Source: Bacillota bacterium (lineage in GTDB: Bacteria > Bacillota > SHA-98 > UBA4971). From it: a stretch of 64,000 nucleotides of DNA. Shown piece by piece: positions 35,485 through 45,869 of this stretch. The position numbers and the translations under genes were made by a program. Within the stretch, counting starts at the first letter, position 1. Each line of letters starts with the position of its first letter. The DNA is taken from NCBI GenBank assembly GCA_012689375.1, contig JAAZLO010000050.1, forward strand, positions 2,538 through 66,537, written 5' to 3'. The notes below the pieces were generated by a model. The model was not told the origin of the DNA. It was given only the letters and a program-made list of their open reading frames with translations, and did no database searches.

Positions 35485-37728
35485 TTGTACGCCGAAGTGG
35501 TAGTAGATATCCCTTCGAAGAGTGCAAAAGGCCTATTTCATTATGGAATTCCTACCCGGCTCAGGGATACGGTGAGAATTGGTAGTGCAGTACTGGTACC
35601 TTTTGGTACAAGAAAATTAACCGGATATATAGTGGGTTTCACGGAGACTCCCGATATCAGTAAGGTCAAGGATATTTGTAAAATTCAGTCAGACACTGTA
35701 ATCCCCGGGCAGATGGTAAAGCTTGCGGAATTTATAAGGGATTACTACATGTCATCCCTGGGTGAGGCTATTGCTCAAATGTACCCGGCTTCTGTCCGTA
35801 GAGGTAAGGCACGAATTAAAACAGAATCCTTTGTCGGGCTTGCTGTACCACAAGAGGATGCCCGGGCCTTAGTAGTATCAATGAAAAAAAGAGCTCCGCG
35901 TCAATCGCAAACCTTAGAAACTGTTCTTCAAAGAGGACCGGTAATATCAAAAAGGCTTTTGAACAAAGGTCCAGGTTCTACCCGGGGGGCAGTCAATGCC
36001 CTTATCCGAAAAGGAATTCTAAAAGAAATCAAAAAGGAGATCCTCAGAAGCCCTGTTAAGGGAATACCCAGGGTTCAGAAAGCTGCACCTACTTTGACCC
36101 CTGAGCAAAAAGAAGCGGTGGCAATTATTATTGACGGTTTAGATCAAGTCTCACCTAAACCCTATTTACTTCACGGTGTTACTGCAAGCGGAAAAACAGA
36201 AATATATATGCATGTCATTGAATCTGTCCTTGAAAAGGGCAGGTCTGCAATAGTGCTAGTACCTGAAATATCTCTTGCCCCCCAGATGATTACGGAATTT
36301 CTAAACAGATTTGGTAGAAATGTAGCCGTCCTACACAGTAAATTGTCGCCGGGTGAACGTTATGATGAGTGGCGAAGAGCTGAACAAGGTGATGCCAAAA
36401 TAGTAATTGGTGCACGATCAGCAGTATTTGCCCCTACTAAAGATTTGGGTATTATTGTTGTTGATGAGGAACATGAAAATTCATATAAACAAGAAGAATC
36501 CCCAAGATATCATGCCCGGAACATAGCATGTGAAAGGGCTAAAATGTCCGGGGCAGTGTGTTTATTAGGGTCTGCAACCCCATCAGTGGAATCCTACTAC
36601 AAAGCTCTAAATGGGGACTATAAACTTCTTGAGCTCACCCAAAGGGTTGAAATGTGGGAGATGCCCTCAGTGGAAGTAGTGGATATGCGAGAGGAACTAG
36701 CCGAAGGGAACAAGACCATATTTTCACGCTCCCTGTCCCACGCAATATCTCATCGGCTAGCTGACGGGGATCAAATAATTTTATTCCTAAACAGGCGTGG
36801 GTACTCTACATTCGTATTATGCAGGGAATGCGGATATTCCATGAAATGCCCGGAATGCGATGTGTCCCTCACCTATCACACTTCGAGCAATAATGTAAGA
36901 TGTCATTACTGTGATTATAGTGAGCGTGTCCCTTCTATATGCCCCAAATGCAAAGGCCGGTACATCAAATACTTTGGGGCAGGGACACAAAAGATAGAAG
37001 AGGAAGTTAAACGAATGTTTCCGCATGCTCGTACTGTTCGGATGGATACTGATACAACACAGCGTAAAGGCGCCCATGAATCAATCGTTAATAGTTTTAA
37101 AAACGGGGATTATGATATCCTCGTGGGCACACAGATGGTAGCAAAAGGCCTTGATTTCCCCAACGTTACCCTGGTTGGTGTGATAAGTGCCGATACATGC
37201 CTCAATCTGCCGGATTACAGGGCGGGGGAAAGGACATTCCAACTTCTAACCCAGGTTGCAGGCAGGGCCGGCAGGGGGGAGAAAAAAGGCCATGTCATTG
37301 TGCAAACTTATTCGCCTGAACATTATTCAATTAAACTCGGCAAAGATTACAATTATAAGGGTTTCTATAACGAAGAGATCGCGTGTCGTAAAGAAGGTTT
37401 TTACCCACCATTTTCCCGCCTTGTACATGTTGTTATCAGCGGTAAGCATCTTCCTGCAGTTGAAAGCTACATTACCGCTTTTGTTCGGATGCTTCAATCA
37501 AAAAGCAGACTTTCCAATCAAGAAAATAATATTAGGATTTTAGGGCCGGCACCTTGTACCCTGGCAAGAATAAAAGGAATGCACAGATGGCAAGCATTAC
37601 TTAAAATCAACCTTGATGCAGATTCATATAGTTTGAACATGTTGATTAAGGAGGCTTTGGAGGCCTGTCCCTTGCCATCTTATGATATAATAACGAGTAT
37701 AGACATTGACCCCGGAAGCATGCTTTGA
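35485..37728 (+). CDS. priA: Primosomal protein N' (PriA helicase)
   Basis: 747 aa with a DEAH helicase, the Walker A GVTASGKT, and a Cys4 zinc-binding insert (CRECGYSMKCPECD...CHYCDY...CPKC). TTG start with RBS AGGAGG. Confidence 0.92.
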   Translation: MYAEVVVDIPSKSAKGLFHYGIPTRLRDTVRIGSAVLVPFGTRKLTGYIVGFTETPDISKVKDICKIQSDTVIPGQMVKLAEFIRDYYMSSLGEAIAQMYPASVRRGKARIKTESFVGLAVPQEDARALVVSMKKRAPRQSQTLETVLQRGPVISKRLLNKGPGSTRGAVNALIRKGILKEIKKEILRSPVKGIPRVQKAAPTLTPEQKEAVAIIIDGLDQVSPKPYLLHGVTASGKTEIYMHVIESVLEKGRSAIVLVPEISLAPQMITEFLNRFGRNVAVLHSKLSPGERYDEWRRAEQGDAKIVIGARSAVFAPTKDLGIIVVDEEHENSYKQEESPRYHARNIACERAKMSGAVCLLGSATPSVESYYKALNGDYKLLELTQRVEMWEMPSVEVVDMREELAEGNKTIFSRSLSHAISHRLADGDQIILFLNRRGYSTFVLCRECGYSMKCPECDVSLTYHTSSNNVRCHYCDYSERVPSICPKCKGRYIKYFGAGTQKIEEEVKRMFPHARTVRMDTDTTQRKGAHESIVNSFKNGDYDILVGTQMVAKGLDFPNVTLVGVISADTCLNLPDYRAGERTFQLLTQVAGRAGRGEKKGHVIVQTYSPEHYSIKLGKDYNYKGFYNEEIACRKEGFYPPFSRLVHVVISGKHLPAVESYITAFVRMLQSKSRLSNQENNIRILGPAPCTLARIKGMHRWQALLKINLDADSYSLNMLIKEALEACPLPSYDIITSIDIDPGSML

Positions 37729-37753
37729 ATTCCGGTAAGGGGGTAACATATTA

Positions 37754-38227
37754 TTGATTTTAAGAATCAGGAAGCAAGGCGATCCAGTCCTTAGGATGAG
37801 ATCGGTACCTTTAAAAAAGATTACGAAAGAAATATCCACCCTCGTTAAAAATATGTTAGAAACTATGTACGAGGTTGACGGCATAGGTCTTGCGGCTAAT
37901 CAGGTTGGGCTCCCGTTGCGGCTTGTTGTTGTTGATATAGGGGAAGGCCCGATAGTGCTGTTTAACCCTTGCATAACAGAGCACGATAATGAAGAAACGG
38001 TAGGCAGAGAGGGATGCCTGTCGATCCCGGGATTAACCGGGGAAGTGAAAAGATGGGAGGAAATTGTTGTTCACGGGATGGCTGAGAATGGTTTAGGTTG
38101 TGAAAGACTTGAGGCCCGGGGACTCCTTGCAAGAGTCTTGCAACATGAAATCGATCATCTTAACGGTATTCTTTTCATTGATAAGGCTAAGGATATCAGA
38201 AAAGAACAGGTAGAAGCCGAAGTATGA
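37754..38227 (+). CDS. def: Peptide deformylase
   Basis: Motifs GIGLAANQ, EGCLS and HEIDHL. Confidence 0.9.
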   Translation: MILRIRKQGDPVLRMRSVPLKKITKEISTLVKNMLETMYEVDGIGLAANQVGLPLRLVVVDIGEGPIVLFNPCITEHDNEETVGREGCLSIPGLTGEVKRWEEIVVHGMAENGLGCERLEARGLLARVLQHEIDHLNGILFIDKAKDIRKEQVEAEV

Positions 38228-39174
38228 AAATAATCTTCATGGGAAGTCCGGAGTTTGCTGTGCCACATTTAGAAGCCCTTATATCCTCAGGGTACAATAT
38301 TCCTTTAGTTTTCACTCAACCTGATCGCCCGAGAGCAAGGGGCAGACGTTGTATCCCTACCCCTGTTAAGGAGTTGGCGGAAAAATGCGGGATCCCTGTT
38401 TATAGCCCGGGAACTCTAGAAAACAAAGATTGTATTTATGTGCTTGAGGGGAACAAGCCTGACGTAATTGTTGTTGTGGCTTATGGTCTGCTTATCCCCA
38501 AGGAGATCTTGGATATTCCTTCTAAGGGATGTATCAATGTTCATGCATCTTTGTTACCTGTTTATCGAGGAGCTGCCCCTATAGAACGTGCAATTATGGC
38601 AGGGGAGGAAGTTACCGGTGTGACAACAATGTATATGGCGGAAGGCTGGGATACCGGTGACATAATCTTGCAAAAAAAAGTCAGGATATCTAAGGATATG
38701 ACAAGCGGTGAGTTAGGCCAGGTACTGTCGATTGAAGGTGCTAGTCTGCTTATAAAAACACTGGAACTTATAAAATCCGGTACTGCCCCGAGAATTGTAC
38801 AAGATGAAAGATTAGCAACGTACGCTCCTAAGCTGACACCTTGCGATTTTTTTATCGATTGGCGAAAATCAGCACAGTCTATACATAATTTAGTTAGGGC
38901 GGGTAACCCGGATCCCGGTGCGTTTACCTATCTTCAGGGAAAAAGGTTTAAAATATTTCAAGGTAAAGTTTTAACGGATGTTGATAATAGCTTACCTATG
39001 CCTAAAGGTCTGCCGGGCCGGATATCATGTTCTAACCCCAATGGTATTGTGGCAGAGACAGGTAAAGGATTTTATATTATCCAAAAGGTCCAATGTGAGG
39101 GAGGCAAACGCTTAGCGGTAAAGGACTACTTATGTGGGAACCCTATACAAGTAGGTGACGTCCTTGGTAAATAG
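38224..39174 (+). CDS. fmt: Methionyl-tRNA formyltransferase
   Basis: N-terminal formyltransferase motif MKIIFMGSPEFAV plus the SLLP region. The start overlaps the def stop (ATGA). Confidence 0.92.
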   Translation: MKIIFMGSPEFAVPHLEALISSGYNIPLVFTQPDRPRARGRRCIPTPVKELAEKCGIPVYSPGTLENKDCIYVLEGNKPDVIVVVAYGLLIPKEILDIPSKGCINVHASLLPVYRGAAPIERAIMAGEEVTGVTTMYMAEGWDTGDIILQKKVRISKDMTSGELGQVLSIEGASLLIKTLELIKSGTAPRIVQDERLATYAPKLTPCDFFIDWRKSAQSIHNLVRAGNPDPGAFTYLQGKRFKIFQGKVLTDVDNSLPMPKGLPGRISCSNPNGIVAETGKGFYIIQKVQCEGGKRLAVKDYLCGNPIQVGDVLGK

Positions 39175-39223
39175 GGTGTAGTTTCTGTTTCCCCTGCATA
39201 CCGGCATAAAGGAGGAGTTCTCT

Positions 39224-39922
39224 ATGTTTTTCTTTGATCCCACTTACATTTTAATATTACCTGCGATATTATTCGCCATGTGGGCACAAGCGCGGGTTCA
39301 AAATACATTTCATTCCTATTCCCAGGTACGGGCAAAGAGTGGAATTACCGGTGCTGAAGTTGCCCGGGATATACTTACAAAAAGCGGTCTCAACGATGTA
39401 CGGGTGGAGCGAATTCCGGGAAATTCAGGGTTGCAAGATCATTATGATCCACGTTCCAGGGTCCTTAGATTATCACAACAAGTATATGCAAGCAGCTCAC
39501 TCGCTGCTCTTGGGGTAGCTGCCCATGAAGCCGGGCATGCCATTCAACACCATGAAAACTATGTGCCGCTTGCAATTAGATCTAGCCTTGTACCTATTGC
39601 ATCCTTCGGCTCCAGATTGGCTTTTCCGTTATTTCTGGTAGGTTTTCTTTTTTCCGGAACAAGCCTGAGTTGGCTGATGACCGCAGGGATCTGGCTCTTT
39701 ATTGCAGCGGTAATCTTTTCCGTTGTTACCCTTCCCGTTGAATATGATGCAAGTAGAAGGGCTTTGATATTACTCTCACAAGGTGGGTACCTTACACAGA
39801 ATGAAGTCCCCCATGCGAAGAAAGTTTTAAATGCCGCAGGCATAACATACCTTGCTGCGACTACTGTAGCATTGACACAGCTCCTGAGACTCCTAATACT
39901 GCGGGGGAGCAGGCGGGATTAG
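39224..39922 (+). CDS. YugP-like membrane-associated zinc metallopeptidase
   Basis: HEAGH motif (AAHEAGHAIQH) and a YugP/Zn_peptidase_2-like arrangement with TM segments. Confidence 0.7.
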   Translation: MFFFDPTYILILPAILFAMWAQARVQNTFHSYSQVRAKSGITGAEVARDILTKSGLNDVRVERIPGNSGLQDHYDPRSRVLRLSQQVYASSSLAALGVAAHEAGHAIQHHENYVPLAIRSSLVPIASFGSRLAFPLFLVGFLFSGTSLSWLMTAGIWLFIAAVIFSVVTLPVEYDASRRALILLSQGGYLTQNEVPHAKKVLNAAGITYLAATTVALTQLLRLLILRGSRRD

Positions 39923-39947
39923 TAAAATCGCGTTAGGGGGCAGGTTA

Positions 39948-41309
39948 ATGACTAGTCCGGGAGGTGCCAGGGAATCTGCGCTCCGGGCCCTGATTAAAAT
40001 AGATGAAGGCTCTGTGTATGCTGGTCAGGCAAGAAACCGTGTTCTTCGTTTTTATAATCTTCCAATACAGGAACGTGCTTTTTGTACAAAACTTATTTTC
40101 GGGGTTACAAAATATAAAAAGGCAATTGATTACGTTCTAGGGGCCTTTTCGTCAAGGCCTGTCCAAAATATGGATCCAATTGTAAAAAATACGCTCAGGC
40201 TTGGCGTGTACCAAATTCTTTACATGAGAGAAATTCCGGATTATGCGGCAGTCAATGAATCTGTCACTTTAGTGAAAAGCCTTGGTCATCCCGGTAAGGC
40301 TAAATTTGTTAACGCTGTCCTCAGATCTGTTTCAAGGAAAACCGACGCAATCATATTTCCCGATCCCTCACGGGACTGGGTTTCTCATATAGCAGTAAAA
40401 TATTCACACCCGGAATGGCTGGTGTCAAGATGGATAAAAAGATTCGGGCCGGAGGGGACTATAAACCTTTGTCTTGAGAATAATAAGGAAGCCCGGATAG
40501 TCGTCAGAACAAATACATTGAAAATAACAAGGGAAGATCTTATTAAAGAATTAGATCAGCAAGGCTTTGGGCCATATCCATCTAATCTCGTTGATGAAGG
40601 AATAGAACTTAGGAATGCCGGTGGTTTATTTAACACCGGCTTGTATTTAGAAGGCTTCTTTTTTGTCCAAGGCACGGCATCTATGTTAGTAAGCCATGTT
40701 CTTTCGCCTGAGCCGGGCGACGAAATCCTTGATTTAACTGCAGCTCCCGGCAGTAAGACAACACATATAGCTGAACTTATAGGAGATAAAGGCCGGATTG
40801 TGGCGTGTGATATGCATGAACACAGGCTAGCTTTGATCAAAGATAATGCAGAACGGTTGGGGCTATCCTCCGTTGAATTTATACGTTGTGATAGCAGAAG
40901 GCTGCCAAAAGACATTAAAGCCACAAAATTTGATAAAGTCCTCTTAGATGCACCATGTTCAGGGACTGGGGTTCTGAGAAAAAAAGCGGATCTCAGATGG
41001 CGGAGAATTAAAAACGATATAAATCACATTGTGACCCTCCAAACAGAGCTCTTAGAATCTGCCGCCAATCAGGTAAAACCAGGGGGAATCTTGGTTTACA
41101 GTACATGCAGCATTGAACCGGAAGAAAATGAGGTATTAATATCGGATTTTCTCTCCCGGCACCCCGAATTTTCCTACGATTATTCCCAGCCTTTTCTTCC
41201 CTCGGGGTTTAAAAAAGCCTTTCAAGAACAGGGAAGACCATACGTGATCACTTACCCTCATATCCACGGAACAGATGGCTTTTTTATAGCCAGGCTCAAA
41301 CATTGCTGA
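39948..41309 (+). CDS. rsmB: 16S rRNA (cytosine967-C5)-methyltransferase RsmB (Sun)
   Basis: N-terminal NusB-like domain and a C-terminal SAM-dependent MTase with the catalytic-Cys motifs DAPCSGTG and TCS. Follows def-fmt as in many bacteria. Confidence 0.88.
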   Translation: MTSPGGARESALRALIKIDEGSVYAGQARNRVLRFYNLPIQERAFCTKLIFGVTKYKKAIDYVLGAFSSRPVQNMDPIVKNTLRLGVYQILYMREIPDYAAVNESVTLVKSLGHPGKAKFVNAVLRSVSRKTDAIIFPDPSRDWVSHIAVKYSHPEWLVSRWIKRFGPEGTINLCLENNKEARIVVRTNTLKITREDLIKELDQQGFGPYPSNLVDEGIELRNAGGLFNTGLYLEGFFFVQGTASMLVSHVLSPEPGDEILDLTAAPGSKTTHIAELIGDKGRIVACDMHEHRLALIKDNAERLGLSSVEFIRCDSRRLPKDIKATKFDKVLLDAPCSGTGVLRKKADLRWRRIKNDINHIVTLQTELLESAANQVKPGGILVYSTCSIEPEENEVLISDFLSRHPEFSYDYSQPFLPSGFKKAFQEQGRPYVITYPHIHGTDGFFIARLKHC

Positions 41310-41412
41310 TTATCCTAAGATCTACAATGTATGGAAAAAAGTTTTAGCAGCATAAAAACAAAGATTGCGGGCAGGGTAATGTCGTAACTTAAAATCCCCG
41401 GATCCCGGAGGC

Positions 41413-42855
41413 GTGAAGAGCAGCCTCCTTACTCTTGTACCAAGGGATTCTTTTATATTTATATGTGTTAGGGGCAAACAAGGCTTGGAGCGACATAATC
41501 CAAATAACAACGGATTAAACCGTGGGGGTCAGTATGTCACAAGATTTATAGTCTTTTTATTAGTATGTTTCGCTACGTATTTTCTTACTGTAAGTGAAAT
41601 TCCTGACAGAATTACATTGATAGAAGGTAACACGAAAAAAATCCGGTTGGGTATGCCTTTTGATTTAAGGCAAACCACTTCTGGCTTGGAACTCTTACAC
41701 GATAATGGTGGTGTATTACTTACTTCCCTTGCCCAAGGGGAAACAAACCTCGAAGTACGGCTTTGGAACTTGATCCCTATAAAACGGTTAGTTGTCAGTG
41801 TGGTGCCTGAAATTCAGGTGTTTCCCGGGGGACAATCAATAGGGGTCTTACTCCCCTCGGGAGGAGTCGTTGTAATAGGTCATTACCCTATAATAGGGGC
41901 AGACGGTCGATCTTACTACCCCGCCCGCGACGGGGATATCCGAATCGGTGATGTTATTCTTCAGATCGACGGGAACCCCATCAGCAGCAAATCACAAATA
42001 GAAGAAATTGTAGAAGATATCGGTCGAAGCGGCAGACAGGCGGAAATTAATATTTTACGCAATTCAAGGAGAATCACGGTACGATTAAAACCGATTGCTG
42101 TTTATAACGGAACACAATCCGGTAAAAACCGAGCCGGGTTTAACGGGAAAAGAATCCGTTATAATTTGGGAATATGGGTCCGTGAGAACGCCGCGGGTGT
42201 CGGTACATTATCTTTTTATCACCCGGATTCAGGTATTTACTGTGCACTGGGGCACGTAATTACAGATGTATCAACCAATAAAGACAAGGATGTAGCCAGT
42301 GGGATGATAGTTAACGCACAAATTCTTGGCATTCATCAGGGCAGCCGCGGACAACCCGGCGAAAAAATTGGTAGCTTCGGCGGTGAAGAAGACATAATAG
42401 GGACTATAGATCATAATACAAAGTTCGGTATATTCGGTAGATTAAACATCATGCCTGTAAATCCTTACTTTACTGAACCTATCCAAGTGGCTCTCTCCGA
42501 TGAAGTTGTGGTTGGTCCCGCCCATCTTTACACAGTTTTGGAAAAGGATAAAATAGAGCAATTCAATATAGAAATCCAGCGTGTAACACGACATACCACT
42601 CCCCAAATAAAAGGACTCGTAATTCGAATTACAGACCCACGCCTACTTTCAGCTACAGGTGGTATCGTACAAGGTATGTCAGGAAGCCCAATTATTCAAA
42701 ATGGTAAATTGGCAGGTGTTCTGACTCATGTATTTGTTTCAGATCAAACGAGGGGATATGGTGTTCTTGCTGAATGGTTAATACGGAATGCCGAATTTAG
42801 TTCACCCCGGCAGAGATCTCCGAATATATCATCATTGTCAGCATTATCTTTATAG
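41413..42855 (+). CDS. spoIVB: Stage IV sporulation protein B (SpoIVB signalling peptidase, S55)
   Basis: N-terminal TM, a PDZ domain and an S55 peptidase with catalytic GMSGSPI. It sits immediately upstream of spo0A, as in Bacillus. The exact start is uncertain. Confidence 0.8.
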   Translation: MKSSLLTLVPRDSFIFICVRGKQGLERHNPNNNGLNRGGQYVTRFIVFLLVCFATYFLTVSEIPDRITLIEGNTKKIRLGMPFDLRQTTSGLELLHDNGGVLLTSLAQGETNLEVRLWNLIPIKRLVVSVVPEIQVFPGGQSIGVLLPSGGVVVIGHYPIIGADGRSYYPARDGDIRIGDVILQIDGNPISSKSQIEEIVEDIGRSGRQAEINILRNSRRITVRLKPIAVYNGTQSGKNRAGFNGKRIRYNLGIWVRENAAGVGTLSFYHPDSGIYCALGHVITDVSTNKDKDVASGMIVNAQILGIHQGSRGQPGEKIGSFGGEEDIIGTIDHNTKFGIFGRLNIMPVNPYFTEPIQVALSDEVVVGPAHLYTVLEKDKIEQFNIEIQRVTRHTTPQIKGLVIRITDPRLLSATGGIVQGMSGSPIIQNGKLAGVLTHVFVSDQTRGYGVLAEWLIRNAEFSSPRQRSPNISSLSALSL

Positions 42856-42904
42856 TTCCATTTTACAGCAATAGGAGACAATTATGTAATTTGCCCCAAT
42901 TTGG

Positions 42905-42935
42905 AAGGAGTTTGCCATGGCGTGACGAATTTATA
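42905..42935 (+). promoter_or_regulatory. SigH-type promoter candidate with embedded Spo0A (0A) box upstream of spo0A
   Basis: AGGAGTTT (-35-like), 13-nt spacer, GAATTTAT (-10-like), which resembles the spoVG SigH promoter. TGACGAA (42923-42929) matches the 0A-box consensus TGNCGAA. It is part of a TGACG-N11-CGTCA inverted repeat. Confidence 0.35.
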
Positions 42936-42991
42936 TCGCGTCAGGGAGGTGCCCGATCTCTGATCTAAAGAGTATTGATTGGAGGGGTTTC

Positions 42992-43771
42992 ATGGAGCGT
43001 GACACTATACGTGTTTTGGTAGTGGATGATAATCATGATCTGTGTGATGTGTTAAGCGAATTTCTCAACTCACAGGCTGATATATCAGTGATCGGAACAG
43101 CGTATGACGGTATAGAAGCCTTGGAAAAGATTTCTGAATTAGAGCCTGATGTTGTGGTGCTTGATATCATTATGCCTCATTTGGACGGTGTGGGAGTCCT
43201 TGAGCGCCTTTCCGAACAACGATTGGATCACCGGCCTAAATTCCTGATTCTTACTGCCTTGGGGCAAGAACGTATAATACAGCAATTAACTGAAATGGGG
43301 GCAGATTATTATATCGTTAAACCCTTTGACATCCAAACGTTAGCGGAAAGAATACGCCAGGTAGCATCATCGCCGCAAGTTATAAAAGGGACTCATATCC
43401 GATATTCTCCCCCCCAAAGGGATCTTCATTCCGAAGTCACGAGGCTTATTCACGATATGGGAATCCCTGCAAACATAAGAGGTTATACTTATCTCAGGGA
43501 AGCAATAATCCTCGTAATAGGTGAAAATACCCTTTTAAACAGTGTTACGAAGGGGCTTTACCCCCGCGTGGCCGGGACATTCGATACTACCCCAGCAAGA
43601 GTGGAAAGGGCTATCAGACATGCAATTGAAATTGCATGGACAAGGGGGAACATTGATCTCCTGAATGGTTTATTTGGGTATACAATTAGCAGCGAAAAAG
43701 GGAAACCGACAAATTCTGCTTTTATTGCCAGGATAGCGGATAAAATCCGTCTAGATATCAGGGCAAGTTAA
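42992..43771 (+). CDS. spo0A: Sporulation master regulator Spo0A
   Basis: The receiver domain has the phospho-Asp in VVLDIIMPHLDG. The C-terminal Spo0A-specific DNA-binding domain carries PANIRGYTYLREAI and ARVERAIRHAIEIAW. Confidence 0.92.
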   Translation: MERDTIRVLVVDDNHDLCDVLSEFLNSQADISVIGTAYDGIEALEKISELEPDVVVLDIIMPHLDGVGVLERLSEQRLDHRPKFLILTALGQERIIQQLTEMGADYYIVKPFDIQTLAERIRQVASSPQVIKGTHIRYSPPQRDLHSEVTRLIHDMGIPANIRGYTYLREAIILVIGENTLLNSVTKGLYPRVAGTFDTTPARVERAIRHAIEIAWTRGNIDLLNGLFGYTISSEKGKPTNSAFIARIADKIRLDIRAS

Positions 43772-43891
43772 ACCTTTCCCGAAGATTTCATCCCCGTTTT
43801 AGGCGCCATGAGCGAATTTTTGTATCTGCCGGAATGATAAAGTATTAGATAATACATACTATTTATAAGGGATTAACCTAAAAATAACTGT

Positions 43892-45055
43892 ATGGAAATG
43901 GTGTCGGCTGACGTTTTAAAGGGTGACTCAATGAGGATTAAAGGCGTAGCAAGATTGGACAGGAGAACAAAAAATCTTGTTTTTCGGGTGTGTCGGGGAG
44001 AAATTGCTATCATTGATCATGAGGATATAGATCAGGTTGCTTGTGATGCACTGATACACGCTGGGGTCCGGGCAATTATAAATCTTAAATCATCTATTAC
44101 AGGCAGATATTATAATCCCGGCCCGCTTTGTTTATGCGAGGCCGGGATTTATTTATTGGATTGCGTAGATCCAAAAGTAATGAGAGATATCAAAGACGGG
44201 GAAATTGTAGAAATCCATGGTAACAGACTTTTAAAAAATGGTTTACAGATTTGTACAGGAGCAGTGGTGCGCAAGGCTGAGGTATTAAGTAAATTGGAAA
44301 AAGCAAGGGCAAGCCTGCCTCACCAAGTTGATGCCTTCATTCTCAATACAATAGAGCATGTGGAGCAGGAAAAAAACTCGATTTTGAATAATATTTACAT
44401 TCCAAAGCTTTCCACGGAAATTACCGATCGTCATGTCCTTGTTGTATCCAGAGGGCGGGGGTATCATGAGGATCTCAAGGCTGTCATTCCCTACATTCTC
44501 CGGGCAAAACCTATAATTATCGCAGTAGACGGTGCTGCAGATATACTCCTTCGTTTGGGTATTTTCCCACATATCCTGGTGGGAGATATGGACAGTGCAA
44601 GTGATTATGCCTTAAAAACCGTACCTGAACTTGTAGTACATGTATATCCCGATGGTCAGTCCCCGGGGAGAGAGAGGCTTAGGAAACTGAATCTTAAGGC
44701 AACGGAGTGCCAAGTACCGGGAATTAGTGAAGATCTAGCACTTTTACTTGCATATGAAAAAGGTGCCGAACTCATTGTAATTGTCGGGAGCCACTCATCA
44801 ATTGAAGATTTTTTAGATAAAGGGCGCAAGGGAATGGCGAGTACATTTCTTACCAGACTGAAAGTAGGATCAGTCCTTATTGATGCAAAAGGAGTCAGCA
44901 AGCTTTATAAAAGCACTTTGCATCGTAATGATATTGCAAAGGTTGTTTTAGCCGGTCTTATACCGCTCTCAACCGGTATAGCAACCTCACAAGCCTTCAG
45001 ACAGCTTTTGAAATTGATTATTATGCATTTTAAATTAGCAATATGGTCTATTTAG
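43892..45055 (+). CDS. SteA-like protein (thiamine-pyrophosphokinase-fold, putative cytokinetic/cell-separation protein)
   Basis: TPK-catalytic-like motif HILVGDMDSASD. Domain order and size match actinobacterial SteA. The true start may be ATG 43931, which has RBS AAAGGGTGA. Confidence 0.5.
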   Translation: MEMVSADVLKGDSMRIKGVARLDRRTKNLVFRVCRGEIAIIDHEDIDQVACDALIHAGVRAIINLKSSITGRYYNPGPLCLCEAGIYLLDCVDPKVMRDIKDGEIVEIHGNRLLKNGLQICTGAVVRKAEVLSKLEKARASLPHQVDAFILNTIEHVEQEKNSILNNIYIPKLSTEITDRHVLVVSRGRGYHEDLKAVIPYILRAKPIIIAVDGAADILLRLGIFPHILVGDMDSASDYALKTVPELVVHVYPDGQSPGRERLRKLNLKATECQVPGISEDLALLLAYEKGAELIVIVGSHSSIEDFLDKGRKGMASTFLTRLKVGSVLIDAKGVSKLYKSTLHRNDIAKVVLAGLIPLSTGIATSQAFRQLLKLIIMHFKLAIWSI

Positions 45056-45086
45056 CGTAAAGCATTATGGGGAGGCCGCCGGTTGG

Positions 45087-45869
45087 ATGATAAGCCCGAG
45101 GTATCATGTAACTTCGACTGTTGCAATATTTTTTGCGCTAGGCCTGGGTATTTTCTTAGGGAGTTCCTTAGTGAAAGACGATGTCTTAATCAAGCATCAA
45201 CAATCACTCATTGATGGAATTGAATCTGAATTCAACCTTATCCGGAAAGATCGGGAGATTTTATACGCAAAGCTTGAAACAACCGAATTGTTGCTTGAGA
45301 ATACGGTGGCCTTTGGAGAAATGGCACTTGCGAAACTAATATGCGGCAAATTAGACGATAAACACATAGATTTAGTAGTGGCTCCCCAGGGGCTGTCACG
45401 TGAAGGGGTATCCGTTATGATAGCAACTCTTCAAGACTCAGGTGCGTCACTTGGCCGTGCAATACATATAAAGGGGGAATTTGGGCCTATGATAATACAG
45501 AAGCTTGCATCTTTTATTGCAGGGCCGATCCTCCATGGGGAAAACCTGGAATTAACTGAGGCTAGCCACTCTCCGGATTCTGAATATCTTACAGTGGAAT
45601 TTCTAAACGAAAACCAAAAGTGTGATGCTGTCGTAATAGCATTGGGCAATAAAAACCAGGTGCACGATGTTGCTTATACAAATATTTCCCTTATCAAGGC
45701 CCTCAGGAAACTTAATATTCCTATGGTCATTATAATGTCAGGCAAAGTTGGTTTCCCCTTTAATATTGAATATAGACTCCAAGGTGTTCGTTTAATAGAG
45801 AATGCAGATACCCTGATGGGTCGATTTTCGTTGGTTGAAGGGCTCTTTTATACTATAAATGGGGGATAG
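45087..45869 (+). CDS. SteB/MctB-like ('copper transporter' family) membrane-anchored protein
   Basis: 260 aa with a single N-terminal TM followed by an extracytoplasmic domain. Immediately downstream of the SteA-like gene. Confidence 0.45.
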   Translation: MISPRYHVTSTVAIFFALGLGIFLGSSLVKDDVLIKHQQSLIDGIESEFNLIRKDREILYAKLETTELLLENTVAFGEMALAKLICGKLDDKHIDLVVAPQGLSREGVSVMIATLQDSGASLGRAIHIKGEFGPMIIQKLASFIAGPILHGENLELTEASHSPDSEYLTVEFLNENQKCDAVVIALGNKNQVHDVAYTNISLIKALRKLNIPMVIIMSGKVGFPFNIEYRLQGVRLIENADTLMGRFSLVEGLFYTINGG

